Virus record (IMG/VR): IMGVR_UViG_3300027714_000009
Location: 26,379-90,378 of that record
Strand: one strand, 5' to 3'
Length of the DNA: 64,000 nucleotides
From: a virus
Shown here: positions 40,616 to 51,178 of the stretch, one piece after another
Layout: each line of letters begins with the position of its first letter
How positions within the stretch are numbered: position 1 is the first letter of the stretch
The notes under the pieces: model-generated
The model's database searches: none
The model's input: only the letters and a program-made list of their open reading frames with translations
Told to the model about the DNA's origin: nothing
Translations under genes and position numbers: made by a program

Positions 40616-41704
40616 TTATTCCTTAACTTTCTTCTTCATACTAGCTACAAATTGTTCACGTAACCATTCGTAGTCATTAATTTTGTTAAGATTTTCTACG
40701 CTGTCTTTATGTTCAAGACCATATGCTTTTCCTTCTAATGCACCTTTAAGACAATAACGTCCAAAACGAGCACCATTGTCAACAGTACACCATGTTTCTA
40801 ATCTTGCGTCTGTTTCTATTTGTCGTTGATTAGGATTAACACTACTTGCAAGTTTAACACATTCACGGAATGCACTACGCCATGTTCTATATGGGTCTTT
40901 ATTAAATCTTGTTATGTTTGATACATCACTAATTGGTTGATAAAAACTAGCTCCTGTTGTAAAGTCAGGTAACACATGTCCTAGTGTTCTAAGTTGACTT
41001 CTTGGAAATAGTTTAACACCGCCATATCCATATTGTAAGTCATTTACTGGATTTCTAGCAGACCAAACATATGTTGTATTCTTACGTTTACTCATTGGTG
41101 GAATAAAATCAAAGCTAAAGTGATTCATCATATCAGCATCAGCATCTACTACATAAACCATTTCTGATTTTGCTAAGTCGCCTACTGCTTTATGTGCATT
41201 ACCTATGCCTTCAACATTTTTAACGTGTTGTGCATCTTTAAATCTATTTCTTAATTTTTGAAAGTTCTCATCTGCTTCTGCTTCATGATAACTAATCATA
41301 AAGATATCAAACTCTGCTATATGGTAACTTGATACAAGTTTATTTTCTACTATACCATGTGCTACTCCATTAGTGGGAACTAAATGAATGTCGCCCCAAC
41401 TAACCGCTCTGTTTGTTCTTTTAACTACTCTTGGAAATGTATGTATTACAGTTTTACCAATATCTGTTGGTCTGTAATGCCAAGGAAAAGTTGGATTAGC
41501 TTCCATCTCATCAAATACAATCCAAGCCATATCTGCTGTACCTTTGTGTTTTGAGGCAAACGCTAATAGCTCTTCTTGGGTTGTAATTTTAACAGATGTT
41601 CTAATTATTGGGTATGCTTCAAACATAAACCTTTTAAGTCTGTCCCAAGGTGTTACAACGTTCTGTCCTTGGAATTCTCTTCTATTGTTAATCAAATTAA
41701 TCAT
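40616..41704 (-). CDS. Glycosyltransferase-like protein (GT-A) with a duplicated N-terminal domain
   Basis: FMISYHE, YVVDAD (DxD), YGYGGVKLF, WRSAFRECVKL. Confidence 0.72.
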   Translation of the reverse strand: MINLINNRREFQGQNVVTPWDRLKRFMFEAYPIIRTSVKITTQEELLAFASKHKGTADMAWIVFDEMEANPTFPWHYRPTDIGKTVIHTFPRVVKRTNRAVSWGDIHLVPTNGVAHGIVENKLVSSYHIAEFDIFMISYHEAEADENFQKLRNRFKDAQHVKNVEGIGNAHKAVGDLAKSEMVYVVDADADMMNHFSFDFIPPMSKRKNTTYVWSARNPVNDLQYGYGGVKLFPRSQLRTLGHVLPDFTTGASFYQPISDVSNITRFNKDPYRTWRSAFRECVKLASSVNPNQRQIETDARLETWCTVDNGARFGRYCLKGALEGKAYGLEHKDSVENLNKINDYEWLREQFVASMKKKVKE

Positions 41705-42347
41705 TGCAATCGCCTTTAACTGTAAATGCACGTGTTCCTATATGTGCAATTCTATCACTTAGTTCGTGACTAATATTTACTTCATAACCGTGTTCATTAG
41801 CTAGGCTACAAAAGTATATATCTTCTCCTACTAAGCTAGTATAAGTTTCGTTATACTGAATCATATAATGAGGTAGAGGAATATTTTCGTATACTTCTCT
41901 TTTTACTAACATCATTCCACTGCCAACTGCCCAAACAGGCTCAATGCCTGTACCTCCAAACACTCTGCTATCTAAATTGCTTTTGCTTTTAAATGCAACG
42001 GGTCTGTGTGGTGGAACTCTTGTACAGTAGTTACCAGCTATGATGTCTTTGTTTGCCGCTAGTAATATATTTAGGGTATCAACTGGAAATTGCATATCAG
42101 CATCAATCCACATAATATGTGTGCAGTCAGTTTCCAATGCTTCGTGAACCAATTGTTGGCGTTGCATTGCAACTTCACTACCCATGTTGAAGTGTAAGCT
42201 AGTTGGTAAATCAGTCTCGCCGCACTTTTTCTGAAGTTTAGCGAGGCTATAAGCAAATACCGCTGTAACATTATCTCGCACAGGTACACATATTGCTACT
42301 TTCGCGGCTTTATCTATTTTGTGGTAAAACGTCGGTATGCTAACCAT
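41697..42347 (-). CDS. GT2-like glycosyltransferase
   Basis: VAICVP, THIMWIDADM, GSGMMLV, GEDIYFC, HIG. Confidence 0.85.
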   Translation of the reverse strand: MVSIPTFYHKIDKAAKVAICVPVRDNVTAVFAYSLAKLQKKCGETDLPTSLHFNMGSEVAMQRQQLVHEALETDCTHIMWIDADMQFPVDTLNILLAANKDIIAGNYCTRVPPHRPVAFKSKSNLDSRVFGGTGIEPVWAVGSGMMLVKREVYENIPLPHYMIQYNETYTSLVGEDIYFCSLANEHGYEVNISHELSDRIAHIGTRAFTVKGDCND

Positions 42348-42350
42348 TAA

Positions 42351-42773
42351 TTACTTTTCTTGAGCTAAGTCAGATTGTAGTTCTGCTTCAACTTGCTGAA
42401 CTTCGTAATTAAGTTGTTTAGCGATAGCAGTTGTAGATTTAACACAAGCTGAAAAAGCTTCGTCTTCTAGTGCTACCATATAATTCATATGTTCTGGTTG
42501 TACTTTTCCTATTGTTAGAATATCTACTGCCGCTAGCTTTGCTAAACGTGCAATCCAATATTCTTCTTCAGTTTCTTCAATATTTGCAATTAATGCATCA
42601 ACATCATGTTCAGCACTAAAGTCTGCCATGATTGCTTCTAATACTGGAAGATCTGGATGTTGTTGTTCACGGGCTTGCATAAGCTCCGTTGTAAGTATTT
42701 GTGCTTTTCTCGCCGGTGTTGGGTGGGCGCCAAGTACAAAGGTTTCTATCTCGAATCGAGTTCTAATGCTCAT
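42351..42773 (-). CDS. Hypothetical helical protein
   Basis: 140-aa ORF with AGGAG SD. Confidence 0.65.
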   Translation of the reverse strand: MSIRTRFEIETFVLGAHPTPARKAQILTTELMQAREQQHPDLPVLEAIMADFSAEHDVDALIANIEETEEEYWIARLAKLAAVDILTIGKVQPEHMNYMVALEDEAFSACVKSTTAIAKQLNYEVQQVEAELQSDLAQEK

Positions 42774-42889
42774 TGTTTTCTCCTGTGTTGAGTTTACTTA
42801 ATAGATCAATGAATGATCAACTTATATTATATATGATAACAGTGATGCTGTCAATCAACATCACTGCTATTTATTAAACTATTTTTGAC

Positions 42890-43072
42890 TTAGGATGCGC
42901 CTGTACTGTTAGGATTCTGCCATCCGCCAAATGTAGCCGACAATTGTATGTTTGTCGATACTGATGGTGAAATGAAAGCACCTAATGTTGAGAGTGATAC
43001 TGTACCACTTAGCCCAAAATAGTTTCTTACTGTTCCCATGCTGATTGACGAACCAGTTGCTGGTAATGCCAT
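42890..43072 (-). CDS. 60-aa Ser/Thr/Gly-rich protein, fibre-tip/adhesin N-terminus-like
   Basis: AAGGAG SD; MALPATGSSISMGTVRNYFG... Confidence 0.65.
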   Translation of the reverse strand: MALPATGSSISMGTVRNYFGLSGTVSLSTLGAFISPSVSTNIQLSATFGGWQNPNSTGAS

Positions 43073-43171
43073 ATTATAGCTCCTTGCGTATATTTAACGT
43101 TAAATACAAGCATATTGCTTGCATAACTATTTATCTATATGTCATCGTGACATATACTAGTATATTTCTTT

Positions 43172-43879
43172 TTAAGGTGTTATTACTAATGTTGACGGTA
43201 CTAGTTGTATCCAACTTGTTCCGTTGTATCCTTCAAAAATCTTTGTGTCCGTATTAAAGTAAAATTGTCCTTCAACTGGACTTGTTGGTCTATTTGCTTC
43301 TGTACCTTTAGGCGCTACCCACGTTGGTGGTGTACGAGCATACGATTGTAACGTGCCTGTAATTGTAGTTATTTGCCCATTAGTATAAGAATTTGCTGAT
43401 GCTATTGCTTGTGTTTTTGCTGTTACATCAAGTGCCATTGTGGCTGTAGTTGTAGCATATGCTGACAAACTTACACTACTACCATTTGTTATAGCTAACG
43501 TAGAACCTGTTAACGTTAATACCTGTGCTTCGCCTGCTGTAGTAATGTAACCTGCATCATTTGTTAACTCACTTACTAGTGTTGGAATTGACGATGATAC
43601 AATATTATCTGCTGTAAGAGTAGCTAGTGTTAAATTTCCTTTTGTTATATCGTTTGCACTTATTACATTATTATCTTCGCTTTGCGTATACTGATCTATT
43701 ATATAAAATGTAGAAGTATCAGCATCACGTATAAGGCCAGAATAGGTATTAACTCCTATCTTGCCTAAGAATCCAACATCTGTATTCCCAACATTATTTT
43801 TACCTAAGATAATAATAGAGTCGGTGAAAGAAATGTTACTAGTTTCCTGATTGGATGTTTGAATTTTTCTAAACGACAT
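43172..43879 (-). CDS. Short tail-fibre-like protein
   Basis: VSELTNDAGY; PKGTEANRP...GQFYFNTDTKIFEGYNGTSW. Confidence 0.7.
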   Translation of the reverse strand: MSFRKIQTSNQETSNISFTDSIIILGKNNVGNTDVGFLGKIGVNTYSGLIRDADTSTFYIIDQYTQSEDNNVISANDITKGNLTLATLTADNIVSSSIPTLVSELTNDAGYITTAGEAQVLTLTGSTLAITNGSSVSLSAYATTTATMALDVTAKTQAIASANSYTNGQITTITGTLQSYARTPPTWVAPKGTEANRPTSPVEGQFYFNTDTKIFEGYNGTSWIQLVPSTLVITP

Positions 43880-43938
43880 ATAGCTAGCTTCCCTTTTGTA
43901 TACTTATATTTATGACTATCTATATTAACTGTAGTCAT

Positions 43939-43968
43939 AAAAAAGGGTAGCAATTACGCTACCCTTTT
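43939..43968 (-). terminator. Rho-independent terminator
   Basis: AAAAGGGTAGC/GCTACCCTTTT inverted repeat. Confidence 0.8.
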
Positions 43969-43987
43969 AGTTTTAAAGTAATAAAAA

Positions 43988-46240
43988 TTACTTAGATTTT
44001 TTAAGTTCTGCTACTTGTGCTGATAATTCCTTAACTGCTTCAATTAGTAGACCTGTAATGTTACCATAAGCTACAGAGTGAACACCGTTAGCATCTGTGT
44101 GTACTGCTTCTGGAAGAACTGCTTTAAGTTCTTGGGCAATAACACCTGTTGATACTGAACCGTCTTCAATTCTCTCAAACGTAACACCACGTATTGCTTC
44201 AACTCTACCTAATGCACCATCAATTACTTGAACGTTAGTTTTTAAAGTATCGTCCGAGTAAGCTGTGATATCACCAGTTGCTGTAAAGTTACCAGTATAT
44301 GCGCCACTCATTAAGAACTGAGTACCACTTAACGTCATACCGTTGCCAGCTGTGTAAGTAGTATTCGCATCACCATTGTCAGCATATACTTTCGCTGCCG
44401 CAAGTGCCGCATCTGCTTTAGTAGTTGCATCACCTGATGCTGTACTAATTGCGTCTGCTTCTGCTGTGTCTGAGTAGCTATATGAAATTGCAACAGCTTC
44501 AGATTTTTTAGTATCAGCATATGCATTTGACTGCGTTGCACGTACTACATCTTTAGCTTCTGCTGAAGCAATTGCTGCCGCTTGTGCCGCATTAGCTTTA
44601 GTAGTTGCATCTGCTGCCGCTGTAGAAGCTGCTGAAGATGTAACGTTAGTAATTGCAGTTCCAAGTTCGGTATCAGTTGCCATTGCGTCTTGAATCTCTT
44701 TCAAGGTATCAAACGCCGCGCCTGCTCCGCCAGTTACTGCCGCTATTGCTGCTGCTTGTGCCGCATCTGCTTTAGTAGTTGCATCACTTGAAGCAGTACT
44801 AATTGCGTCTGCTTCTGCTGTATCTGCATACGCTTTAGCTGAAACAAGAGCTGCATCTGCTTTAGTAGTTGCATCACTTGATGCTGTACTAATTGCGTCT
44901 GCTTCTGCTGTGTCTGCATATGCTTTTGCTGAAACAAGAGCTGCATCTGCTTTAGTAGTTGCATCAGTTGCCGCCGCTGTTGTTACGTTAGCGTCACCTG
45001 TTGTTATTGCACTTGAAAGTGTACCAGATAGTGCAGTATTTGCACTTACTGCCGCCGCTTCTGCTGCCGCTTGTGCCGCATTAGCTTTAGTACTTGCATC
45101 AATTGCCGCTGAACTAATTGCCGCTGCTTCCGAAGCATCTGCATAAGCATCCGAAGTTACCATACGTGCTACGTCTTTCGACTCTGCTGATGCAATTGCA
45201 TCTGCTTCTGCTGTATCTGCATAACTTTGTAATGATGTAGTTGCTGTTGCAACTTCTGCATCTGTGTAGTTGTTTGCTGATGTTACTGCACCTGATGAAG
45301 TTCCACTATCAGAATATGCTTGATATGCTGTAGTAATAGCTACTTCTCTAGTATCAGTGTAAGCTGCCGCTACAGATTCTGCACCAGTTTTAGCTGTAGC
45401 AATGTCAGCTGTAACTTGACTTGCTGCTGCTTTTGTATTTACTGCTGTTGTTAGAACTGCTTCAGCTGCCGCTGCACGTGCTGTTTCATCATTTATTGCT
45501 ACGTTAAGTAATGCTTCGTTTGAACGAGCCAATACTTTTTCAGTAACAATTTGGTCATTGTTAACAATAATTGCAGCTGCGTTTGTTGCAACTCCACTAA
45601 CGTTTACTGCAATTGCAGAAGTATTAGCTGTAAGTGATGCTGTATGAGTTGCAAGAGTGTTTGTAACCTCTGAAGCAAAACTTGCATTGTCGCCTAAAGC
45701 GTTCGCTAGTTCATTTAATGTATCTAATGCTGCCGGTGCACCATTAATTATGTCTGCAACCTTTTGGTCAACATACGCTTTGTTTGATACGTCTGTTGCG
45801 CCAACGGGTGTGCCAACACTAATAATAGTATTTCCGTTCATGTTTATCTTGTCACCAAATTGAACAGCTATGCCGTTTGCATCAGTAATATTTTTTCCGT
45901 CTGCCATTTGCAGCGTTGCCGCCATTGCAAGTGGAGTGCTTGACGCTAGTGTAAGAACACCGGTGCCTTCCGCTTTAACAGTAATTCCCTGGTCGATGTC
46001 TGCACGAACAACAATAGTACCCGAATCGTCTTCTAGTACTTTTTGGTTGTTAATGTACAATGAACCTTGAGATAGATATAAGTCTTTCCACTTTGCAGTA
46101 GGAGAACCTAGATCGAAACCAGTTGTGCCATCTGAATCTACAGTAGGAAGAATGTGCCCGCCCATTGATAGATTTGCTAATAATTCAGATGCGTCATCAG
46201 TTTTGAAACCACCATCAATTATAAATTTTCTTTGTGCCAT
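43988..46240 (-). CDS. Tail fibre with C-terminal intramolecular chaperone (peptidase S74-like)
   Basis: DLGSPTAKWKDLY; Ala-rich stalk; AYSDDTLKTNV...GVIAQEL...LLIEAVKEL. Confidence 0.88.
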   Translation of the reverse strand: MAQRKFIIDGGFKTDDASELLANLSMGGHILPTVDSDGTTGFDLGSPTAKWKDLYLSQGSLYINNQKVLEDDSGTIVVRADIDQGITVKAEGTGVLTLASSTPLAMAATLQMADGKNITDANGIAVQFGDKINMNGNTIISVGTPVGATDVSNKAYVDQKVADIINGAPAALDTLNELANALGDNASFASEVTNTLATHTASLTANTSAIAVNVSGVATNAAAIIVNNDQIVTEKVLARSNEALLNVAINDETARAAAAEAVLTTAVNTKAAASQVTADIATAKTGAESVAAAYTDTREVAITTAYQAYSDSGTSSGAVTSANNYTDAEVATATTSLQSYADTAEADAIASAESKDVARMVTSDAYADASEAAAISSAAIDASTKANAAQAAAEAAAVSANTALSGTLSSAITTGDANVTTAAATDATTKADAALVSAKAYADTAEADAISTASSDATTKADAALVSAKAYADTAEADAISTASSDATTKADAAQAAAIAAVTGGAGAAFDTLKEIQDAMATDTELGTAITNVTSSAASTAAADATTKANAAQAAAIASAEAKDVVRATQSNAYADTKKSEAVAISYSYSDTAEADAISTASGDATTKADAALAAAKVYADNGDANTTYTAGNGMTLSGTQFLMSGAYTGNFTATGDITAYSDDTLKTNVQVIDGALGRVEAIRGVTFERIEDGSVSTGVIAQELKAVLPEAVHTDANGVHSVAYGNITGLLIEAVKELSAQVAELKKSK
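44763..44966. repeat. ~2.3 tandem copies of a 90-bp (30-aa) unit
   Basis: GCATCTGCTTTAGTAGTTGCATCA recurs at 44763, 44853 and 44943; unit DATTKADAALVSAKAYADTAEADAISTASS. Confidence 0.9.
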
Positions 46241-46342
46241 TTTATGACTCCTTTTTGATCAAAAAAGTTATTGCTACATTGAGTAGCAATGTATTTATTG
46301 CTTTTTTATAGCTATTAACTGCTTTTATAACAATCATTAGCT

Positions 46343-46378
46343 AAAAAAGGGGCGTCACCTTTAACAGCGGCGCCCCTT
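46343..46378 (-). terminator. Rho-independent terminator
   Basis: AAGGGGCG...CGCCCCTT with a T-tract on the minus strand. Confidence 0.75.
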
Positions 46379-46411
46379 AAATGTTAACTATTTAAGAGAC
46401 GTAAACGTTTC

Positions 46412-49400
46412 TTAAACATCGATGTATGTTCCAATAACTTTAACAGTTGCTGAACCTGATGTCGGTGTGTATGTTAACAACACATTATTACCACTCATTG
46501 TTACACTTGCATCACCAATTAAATCTGTACCAGTATAAACTAGTGCAAACTCTGTGATATATGCAGTTGTACCGTCGTGTACTACTAATGCTTCACGTGT
46601 TTCGAAGTTACCAGCGCCATCACCTACTTGGATCACATACTTAGCTGAACGATACAATGTACCATTAAACGAATCTACTGTAGTAGAACCAGTTGCTGAA
46701 ACTTCAGCTTTCTGGACGTATGCTTTGATATCAGCTGCTAATTTATCAGTTGTAACTTGACCAGCTGTTAATACTGGAGTTAGTCCTGACATGTGAGCAA
46801 CAACTACTGCCTGCGTACCTGTTGGTAACGCACTTGAGAAAGTAATCGTTTGTGCTGAACCATTAATAGTATAGTGAGTACCTGGATCCTGAATAACACC
46901 GCCAACAAATACCATGCTGTTAGCTTGGTCTGTTACGAAGTTAATCGAGTAAGTAGTCGCTACACCATCACCTGGGATAGTTTGACGTTGGTTAGATGTA
47001 AACAGTTCCAATGGATCTTTAAGAGCCATTCCTGTTTCACCTGCGTTAACTGCTAGAACGTAATTAGCTTTATCTGTGTATGCCGTATCGGATACATCAG
47101 TTAAGTCTAGTACTGATTCATTAGTGTCAATTGAGATTACACCAGTGCTGTTATCGTATGTTACGAGTCCTGCGCCTGCTGTGTCTACAACACTAATTGA
47201 TGTTCTTGCACGTGCAGTTGTGAAGTACAAGTTGCTGCCTTCAGCTAAGTCATCTGTAGTGTATACAGTGATGTCTTGGCTTGAAATTGCTGCGTCTAGT
47301 ACTGCTTTAGAAACTGCATCACCCGGTAGGGATGCTGTGCTTAAACCAGTTAGCATGTTTGTACCCATATCAATATCACCACTCATTACGCCACCAGCTT
47401 TAGCTAGTTTAGTTGCGATTGTAGTGTCTTGAGCTGAGTCAGCTGCTGCAAATTCAGTGCGTATTGCACCTCTATCTGTAGTTGCTGTTGCGTGGTCTGT
47501 ATCGTTAGCTGATACTTCTGCCGCTAGTGCTACGCTTAATGCTGCTTCCGCTGCTCTGGCTGTTGTAGCCTCGTCAGTGATTGCAGTACCATTTGCCGCT
47601 ACTGCACCAGTCAATGTACCATCTGCATCTTGGAATGCTGTAACGATTTCACTTAATGAATCAAGTGCCGCTGCATCTGTGTTGCTGATGATGTTTGCTA
47701 CTGTTGCTGTAAGGTTAGTAACTGATAATGCGTTTGCCGCTTCCGCTGCCGTTGCACGTGTTACTTCAGAAGTTAAGTTACCAGATACTGTTACAATAGA
47801 AGCTGCGTTAACACCCTCTGCCGCTGTTGCTCTAGTTACTTCGTTACTGACTGCTGTTGCGTTTGCACTCTCTGCTGCTCTAGCTGTAGACGCTTCTGAT
47901 GCTAAGTTGTTTGTTAGCACTGTTTCCGCTGCTCTAGCTGTAGTTGCTTCAGAGTTAATTGCAGTATCAAGTTTGTCGTCTGCATCTTTTAATGAACTTG
48001 CTGTATCAATAAAGTTTGCAGAACCGTTAGCAACATATGAACCAGTTGCTGTTAAACCAGCGCCTGCTTGTGTTGTTGTAATTTCGGTTAAGTTTGATCC
48101 TACGTTTGTTGTAAGAGTTGCTTCTGCTGCTCTTGCAGTAACAGCTTCCGCTGCGATTGCATTTGAGTTAGCTAATTCAGCTGCTCTTGCTGTAGTTGCT
48201 TCTGCTGATATTGCATTTGCATTAACTGCTTCCGCCGCCGCTGCACGTGTCGCTTCAGCTACAATGCTAGCATTGTTTGCAGAAATGTCTGATACGTTAG
48301 TTGCGATGTTAGTTGCGTTAGTTGCAATTGCAGTTACATTAGTTGCAATGCCTGCTGTGTTTGTTGCGATATTACTTGTGTGTGTAGCGTCTGCTGATGT
48401 TCTAGCAGTCTGCTCAGCTAATATAGCCGCATCCAATAATGTGTCCGCACCTTTTAAAGATGCCGCTGTATCTATTGCATGTGTACCTGAAAGAGCTGTG
48501 TATCCACCGTCTGCCGCAAGTCCTGCACCTACTTGTGTTGCATCTACTTCAGCTTGCAAAGTTGCTAAACCACCTGAGCTCGCACTGTTAAGTTCATTAA
48601 TCGCACCTGTTACAGTTTGTGCTGTAGTAGTAATTGTTGCTGAACCCATAGTTGTTTCGAGTGCGTCTACGTTAGCTTCTTCAGTAGTTAGGCGGTTGCC
48701 TAATGCTGTGTCTGCTGCCGCAAATTCACTACGTACAAGTGTACGATCTGCTGATGAAGCTGATGCTAATGAAGTAATTGCACCATTGATAGTTCCGTCA
48801 GCTGTTTGGAATGCAGTAACAATTTCTGTTAATGAATCTAAGGCTGCTGGATCTGTGTTAGTTAGAATTGAATCAATTCTACTTGTCTCAGTATCAATGT
48901 TGGCTTGTAATGTTGCTTCTGCTGCTCTAGCCGCAACAATTTCGTTGTTTAGACCAGTTAAGTTAGTAGCAATACCTGAGATGTTAGTTGCGATAAGTGC
49001 CGCATGGTTAACATCAATTGTTGTAGAACGTGATGTTTCGTCACTAATCGCTGTTGCGTTAGCAAGTTCTGCCGCTCTAGATGTTACTGCTTCTGCCGCG
49101 ATTGCATTAGTATTTACAAGTTCTGCCGCTGCCGCTCTAGTTGCTTCAGCTGTGATTGCAGTGTTTAACACTACATCTGCTGCTGCTCTGTCGCTTGCTT
49201 CAGTTGAAATTGCACTTGCGTTCGTTGCGATGCCAGTTGCGTTAGTTGCAATGTCGCCATCGTTTGCAGTGATGTTAATAGCATTAGCTTCTTCTGCTGC
49301 TTCGGCACGAGTTTTTTCAACTAGTACTTTGGCGCTTGCATCTGTTGCCGCTGTTGCTTCTGCTGCTGCTTGTGCCGCGTCTGCTTTAGTAGTTGCATCT

Positions 49401-51178
49401 GCTGCCGCTGTAGCGATCGCATCTGCTTCTGCTGTATCAGCATAAGCGTCTGAAGTTACCATACGTGCTACGTCTTTTGCTTCTGCTGACGCAATTGCGT
49501 CTGCTTCTGCTGTATCTGCGTATGCGTCACTTGCCGCTTTAACTGCTACGTCTGCTGCTGCTCTGTTAGTTACTTCGTTAGCAATGGCAGTTGCGTTTAC
49601 TAATTCTGCTGCTCTTGCTGTAACTGCTTCTGCATCAACGTTTGCTTGTAATGTTGCATCGCCGCTTGCTCTGTCACTAATCTCACTATTGAGACTTGTT
49701 GTAACAGTATTAAACGCCGCTGTTAATGTGCTATCGCCTGCTTGGAATGCAGTAACAATTTCTGTTAATGAATCCAATGCCGCTGCATCTGTGTTACTTA
49801 CAATGTTAGCAATGTTAGTTGCGTTAGTTGCAATGTCAGTTGCGTTAGTAGCAATGTCAGTTACGTTAGTAGCTATGCCTGCTGTTGCAGTTGTTACTTC
49901 AGTGTGTAGTTCGTTAATCGCTCCACCTAATGAAGTAGCTGTAGTGTCTAATGGTGTGTTACTAATATCACCAATAGTTGTTTCGAGTGCTGTTACATCT
50001 GCTTCTGATGCTGTTACACGAACGTCTAATGCTGCGTCTGCCGCATCGCTTATTACTTTTTGTGCTACGTCTTTTGCTTCTGCTGAACTAATTGCTGCCG
50101 CTTGTGCCGCATTAGCTTTAGTAGTTGCATCGCCTGATGCAGTACTAATTGCATCTGCTTCTGCTGTATCTGCATAAGTTTCCATAGCTGTTGTAACTGC
50201 TACGTCTCCTGCTGCAAATTCACTACGTACTGCTGTATCAGCAGTTGCTCTTGCTACGGATTCAGAATTAATATCTGTTGCGTTTGCAAGTTCAGATGCT
50301 CTAGCTGTAGCCGCTTCTGATGCAAGATCAGCTGTTAGTGTTGAAACTTCGCCATTTGTAGTTGCAATTTCTGCCGCTAGTCCATTTGCGTTAGTAATGA
50401 TGTCAGCTTCTGCAGAAGTAGTACGAGCATCTAGTGCTTGTTCTGCTGCTCTTGCTGTAGCCGCTTCATTAACTATTGCTGTTGCGTTAGTTCCTTCGTT
50501 TGCTCTAGCAGTAACAGCTTCCGCTGCAATTGCTGTAGTATTTAAGCCTTCTGCTGTAGTTGCACGTGATACTTCGTTTGTAATTAATGTTGAGTTTGCA
50601 ACAATAGCCGCTGTTAAAGCACTATCTTGCGTTTGGAACTCAGCAACAATTTCACTTAACGAGTCAAGTGCAGCCGGGTCAACATTACTAATAATGTTGC
50701 TTATTTGTGTTTGTAAACCAGCGTCCGCCGATTTGTAAGCTATGTCTAGTGCAGACTCTGCTGCTCTTGCTGTAGCTACTTCGGTGGCTAGATCTGCAGT
50801 TAGTGTACCTTCAGCTGAACGTGCTGCCGTAGCTTCTGCAACAACCGCGTTAGCGTTTGCTACTTCTGCTGCTCTAGCTATAACCGCTTCCGCATCAACC
50901 GCAGTTGAAATGGCGCTGGCTGTTGCTGAAACTGCACGTGCATCTGTGAAGTATTTTGCTGACGCATTCTCAGCTAAGTCAGCTGTATCAAAAGAGGCAA
51001 TTAAGTCTCCTGCTGAAACGGCTGCCAATGCTGATGTTGCATTAACGTGTACTAACAGAGTATCTAGGTTCTGTAAAGATGAAGCACTAGTTTGGCCTGA
51101 AACTGCACTTACATCTAACTTAGTGTTAAGGATCGACTGATCCGCTAACGCTGGACTCTTAATTTGTCTAAAAGCCAT
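46412..51178 (-). CDS. Very long Ala/Thr-rich coiled-coil fibre protein (~1588 aa)
   Basis: Start MAFRQ with GGAG SD; ExxxARAAE and IATN repeats; TDDLAEGSNLYFT; C-terminal VDSF...YRSAKYVIQ domain. Confidence 0.85.
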   Translation of the reverse strand: MAFRQIKSPALADQSILNTKLDVSAVSGQTSASSLQNLDTLLVHVNATSALAAVSAGDLIASFDTADLAENASAKYFTDARAVSATASAISTAVDAEAVIARAAEVANANAVVAEATAARSAEGTLTADLATEVATARAAESALDIAYKSADAGLQTQISNIISNVDPAALDSLSEIVAEFQTQDSALTAAIVANSTLITNEVSRATTAEGLNTTAIAAEAVTARANEGTNATAIVNEAATARAAEQALDARTTSAEADIITNANGLAAEIATTNGEVSTLTADLASEAATARASELANATDINSESVARATADTAVRSEFAAGDVAVTTAMETYADTAEADAISTASGDATTKANAAQAAAISSAEAKDVAQKVISDAADAALDVRVTASEADVTALETTIGDISNTPLDTTATSLGGAINELHTEVTTATAGIATNVTDIATNATDIATNATNIANIVSNTDAAALDSLTEIVTAFQAGDSTLTAAFNTVTTSLNSEISDRASGDATLQANVDAEAVTARAAELVNATAIANEVTNRAAADVAVKAASDAYADTAEADAIASAEAKDVARMVTSDAYADTAEADAIATAAADATTKADAAQAAAEATAATDASAKVLVEKTRAEAAEEANAINITANDGDIATNATGIATNASAISTEASDRAAADVVLNTAITAEATRAAAAELVNTNAIAAEAVTSRAAELANATAISDETSRSTTIDVNHAALIATNISGIATNLTGLNNEIVAARAAEATLQANIDTETSRIDSILTNTDPAALDSLTEIVTAFQTADGTINGAITSLASASSADRTLVRSEFAAADTALGNRLTTEEANVDALETTMGSATITTTAQTVTGAINELNSASSGGLATLQAEVDATQVGAGLAADGGYTALSGTHAIDTAASLKGADTLLDAAILAEQTARTSADATHTSNIATNTAGIATNVTAIATNATNIATNVSDISANNASIVAEATRAAAAEAVNANAISAEATTARAAELANSNAIAAEAVTARAAEATLTTNVGSNLTEITTTQAGAGLTATGSYVANGSANFIDTASSLKDADDKLDTAINSEATTARAAETVLTNNLASEASTARAAESANATAVSNEVTRATAAEGVNAASIVTVSGNLTSEVTRATAAEAANALSVTNLTATVANIISNTDAAALDSLSEIVTAFQDADGTLTGAVAANGTAITDEATTARAAEAALSVALAAEVSANDTDHATATTDRGAIRTEFAAADSAQDTTIATKLAKAGGVMSGDIDMGTNMLTGLSTASLPGDAVSKAVLDAAISSQDITVYTTDDLAEGSNLYFTTARARTSISVVDTAGAGLVTYDNSTGVISIDTNESVLDLTDVSDTAYTDKANYVLAVNAGETGMALKDPLELFTSNQRQTIPGDGVATTYSINFVTDQANSMVFVGGVIQDPGTHYTINGSAQTITFSSALPTGTQAVVVAHMSGLTPVLTAGQVTTDKLAADIKAYVQKAEVSATGSTTVDSFNGTLYRSAKYVIQVGDGAGNFETREALVVHDGTTAYITEFALVYTGTDLIGDASVTMSGNNVLLTYTPTSGSATVKVIGTYIDV

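Noticed and set aside
44400-45000. Regularly spaced direct repeats resembling a CRISPR array
   Set aside because: Repeats are in-frame 90-bp coding units with near-identical 'spacers'; no cas genes
47076-51140. Long plus-strand ORFs (up to 662 aa) antisense to the fibre gene
   Set aside because: Shadow frames caused by Ala/Thr/Asn-rich codon usage on the coding strand; no SD or independent protein features
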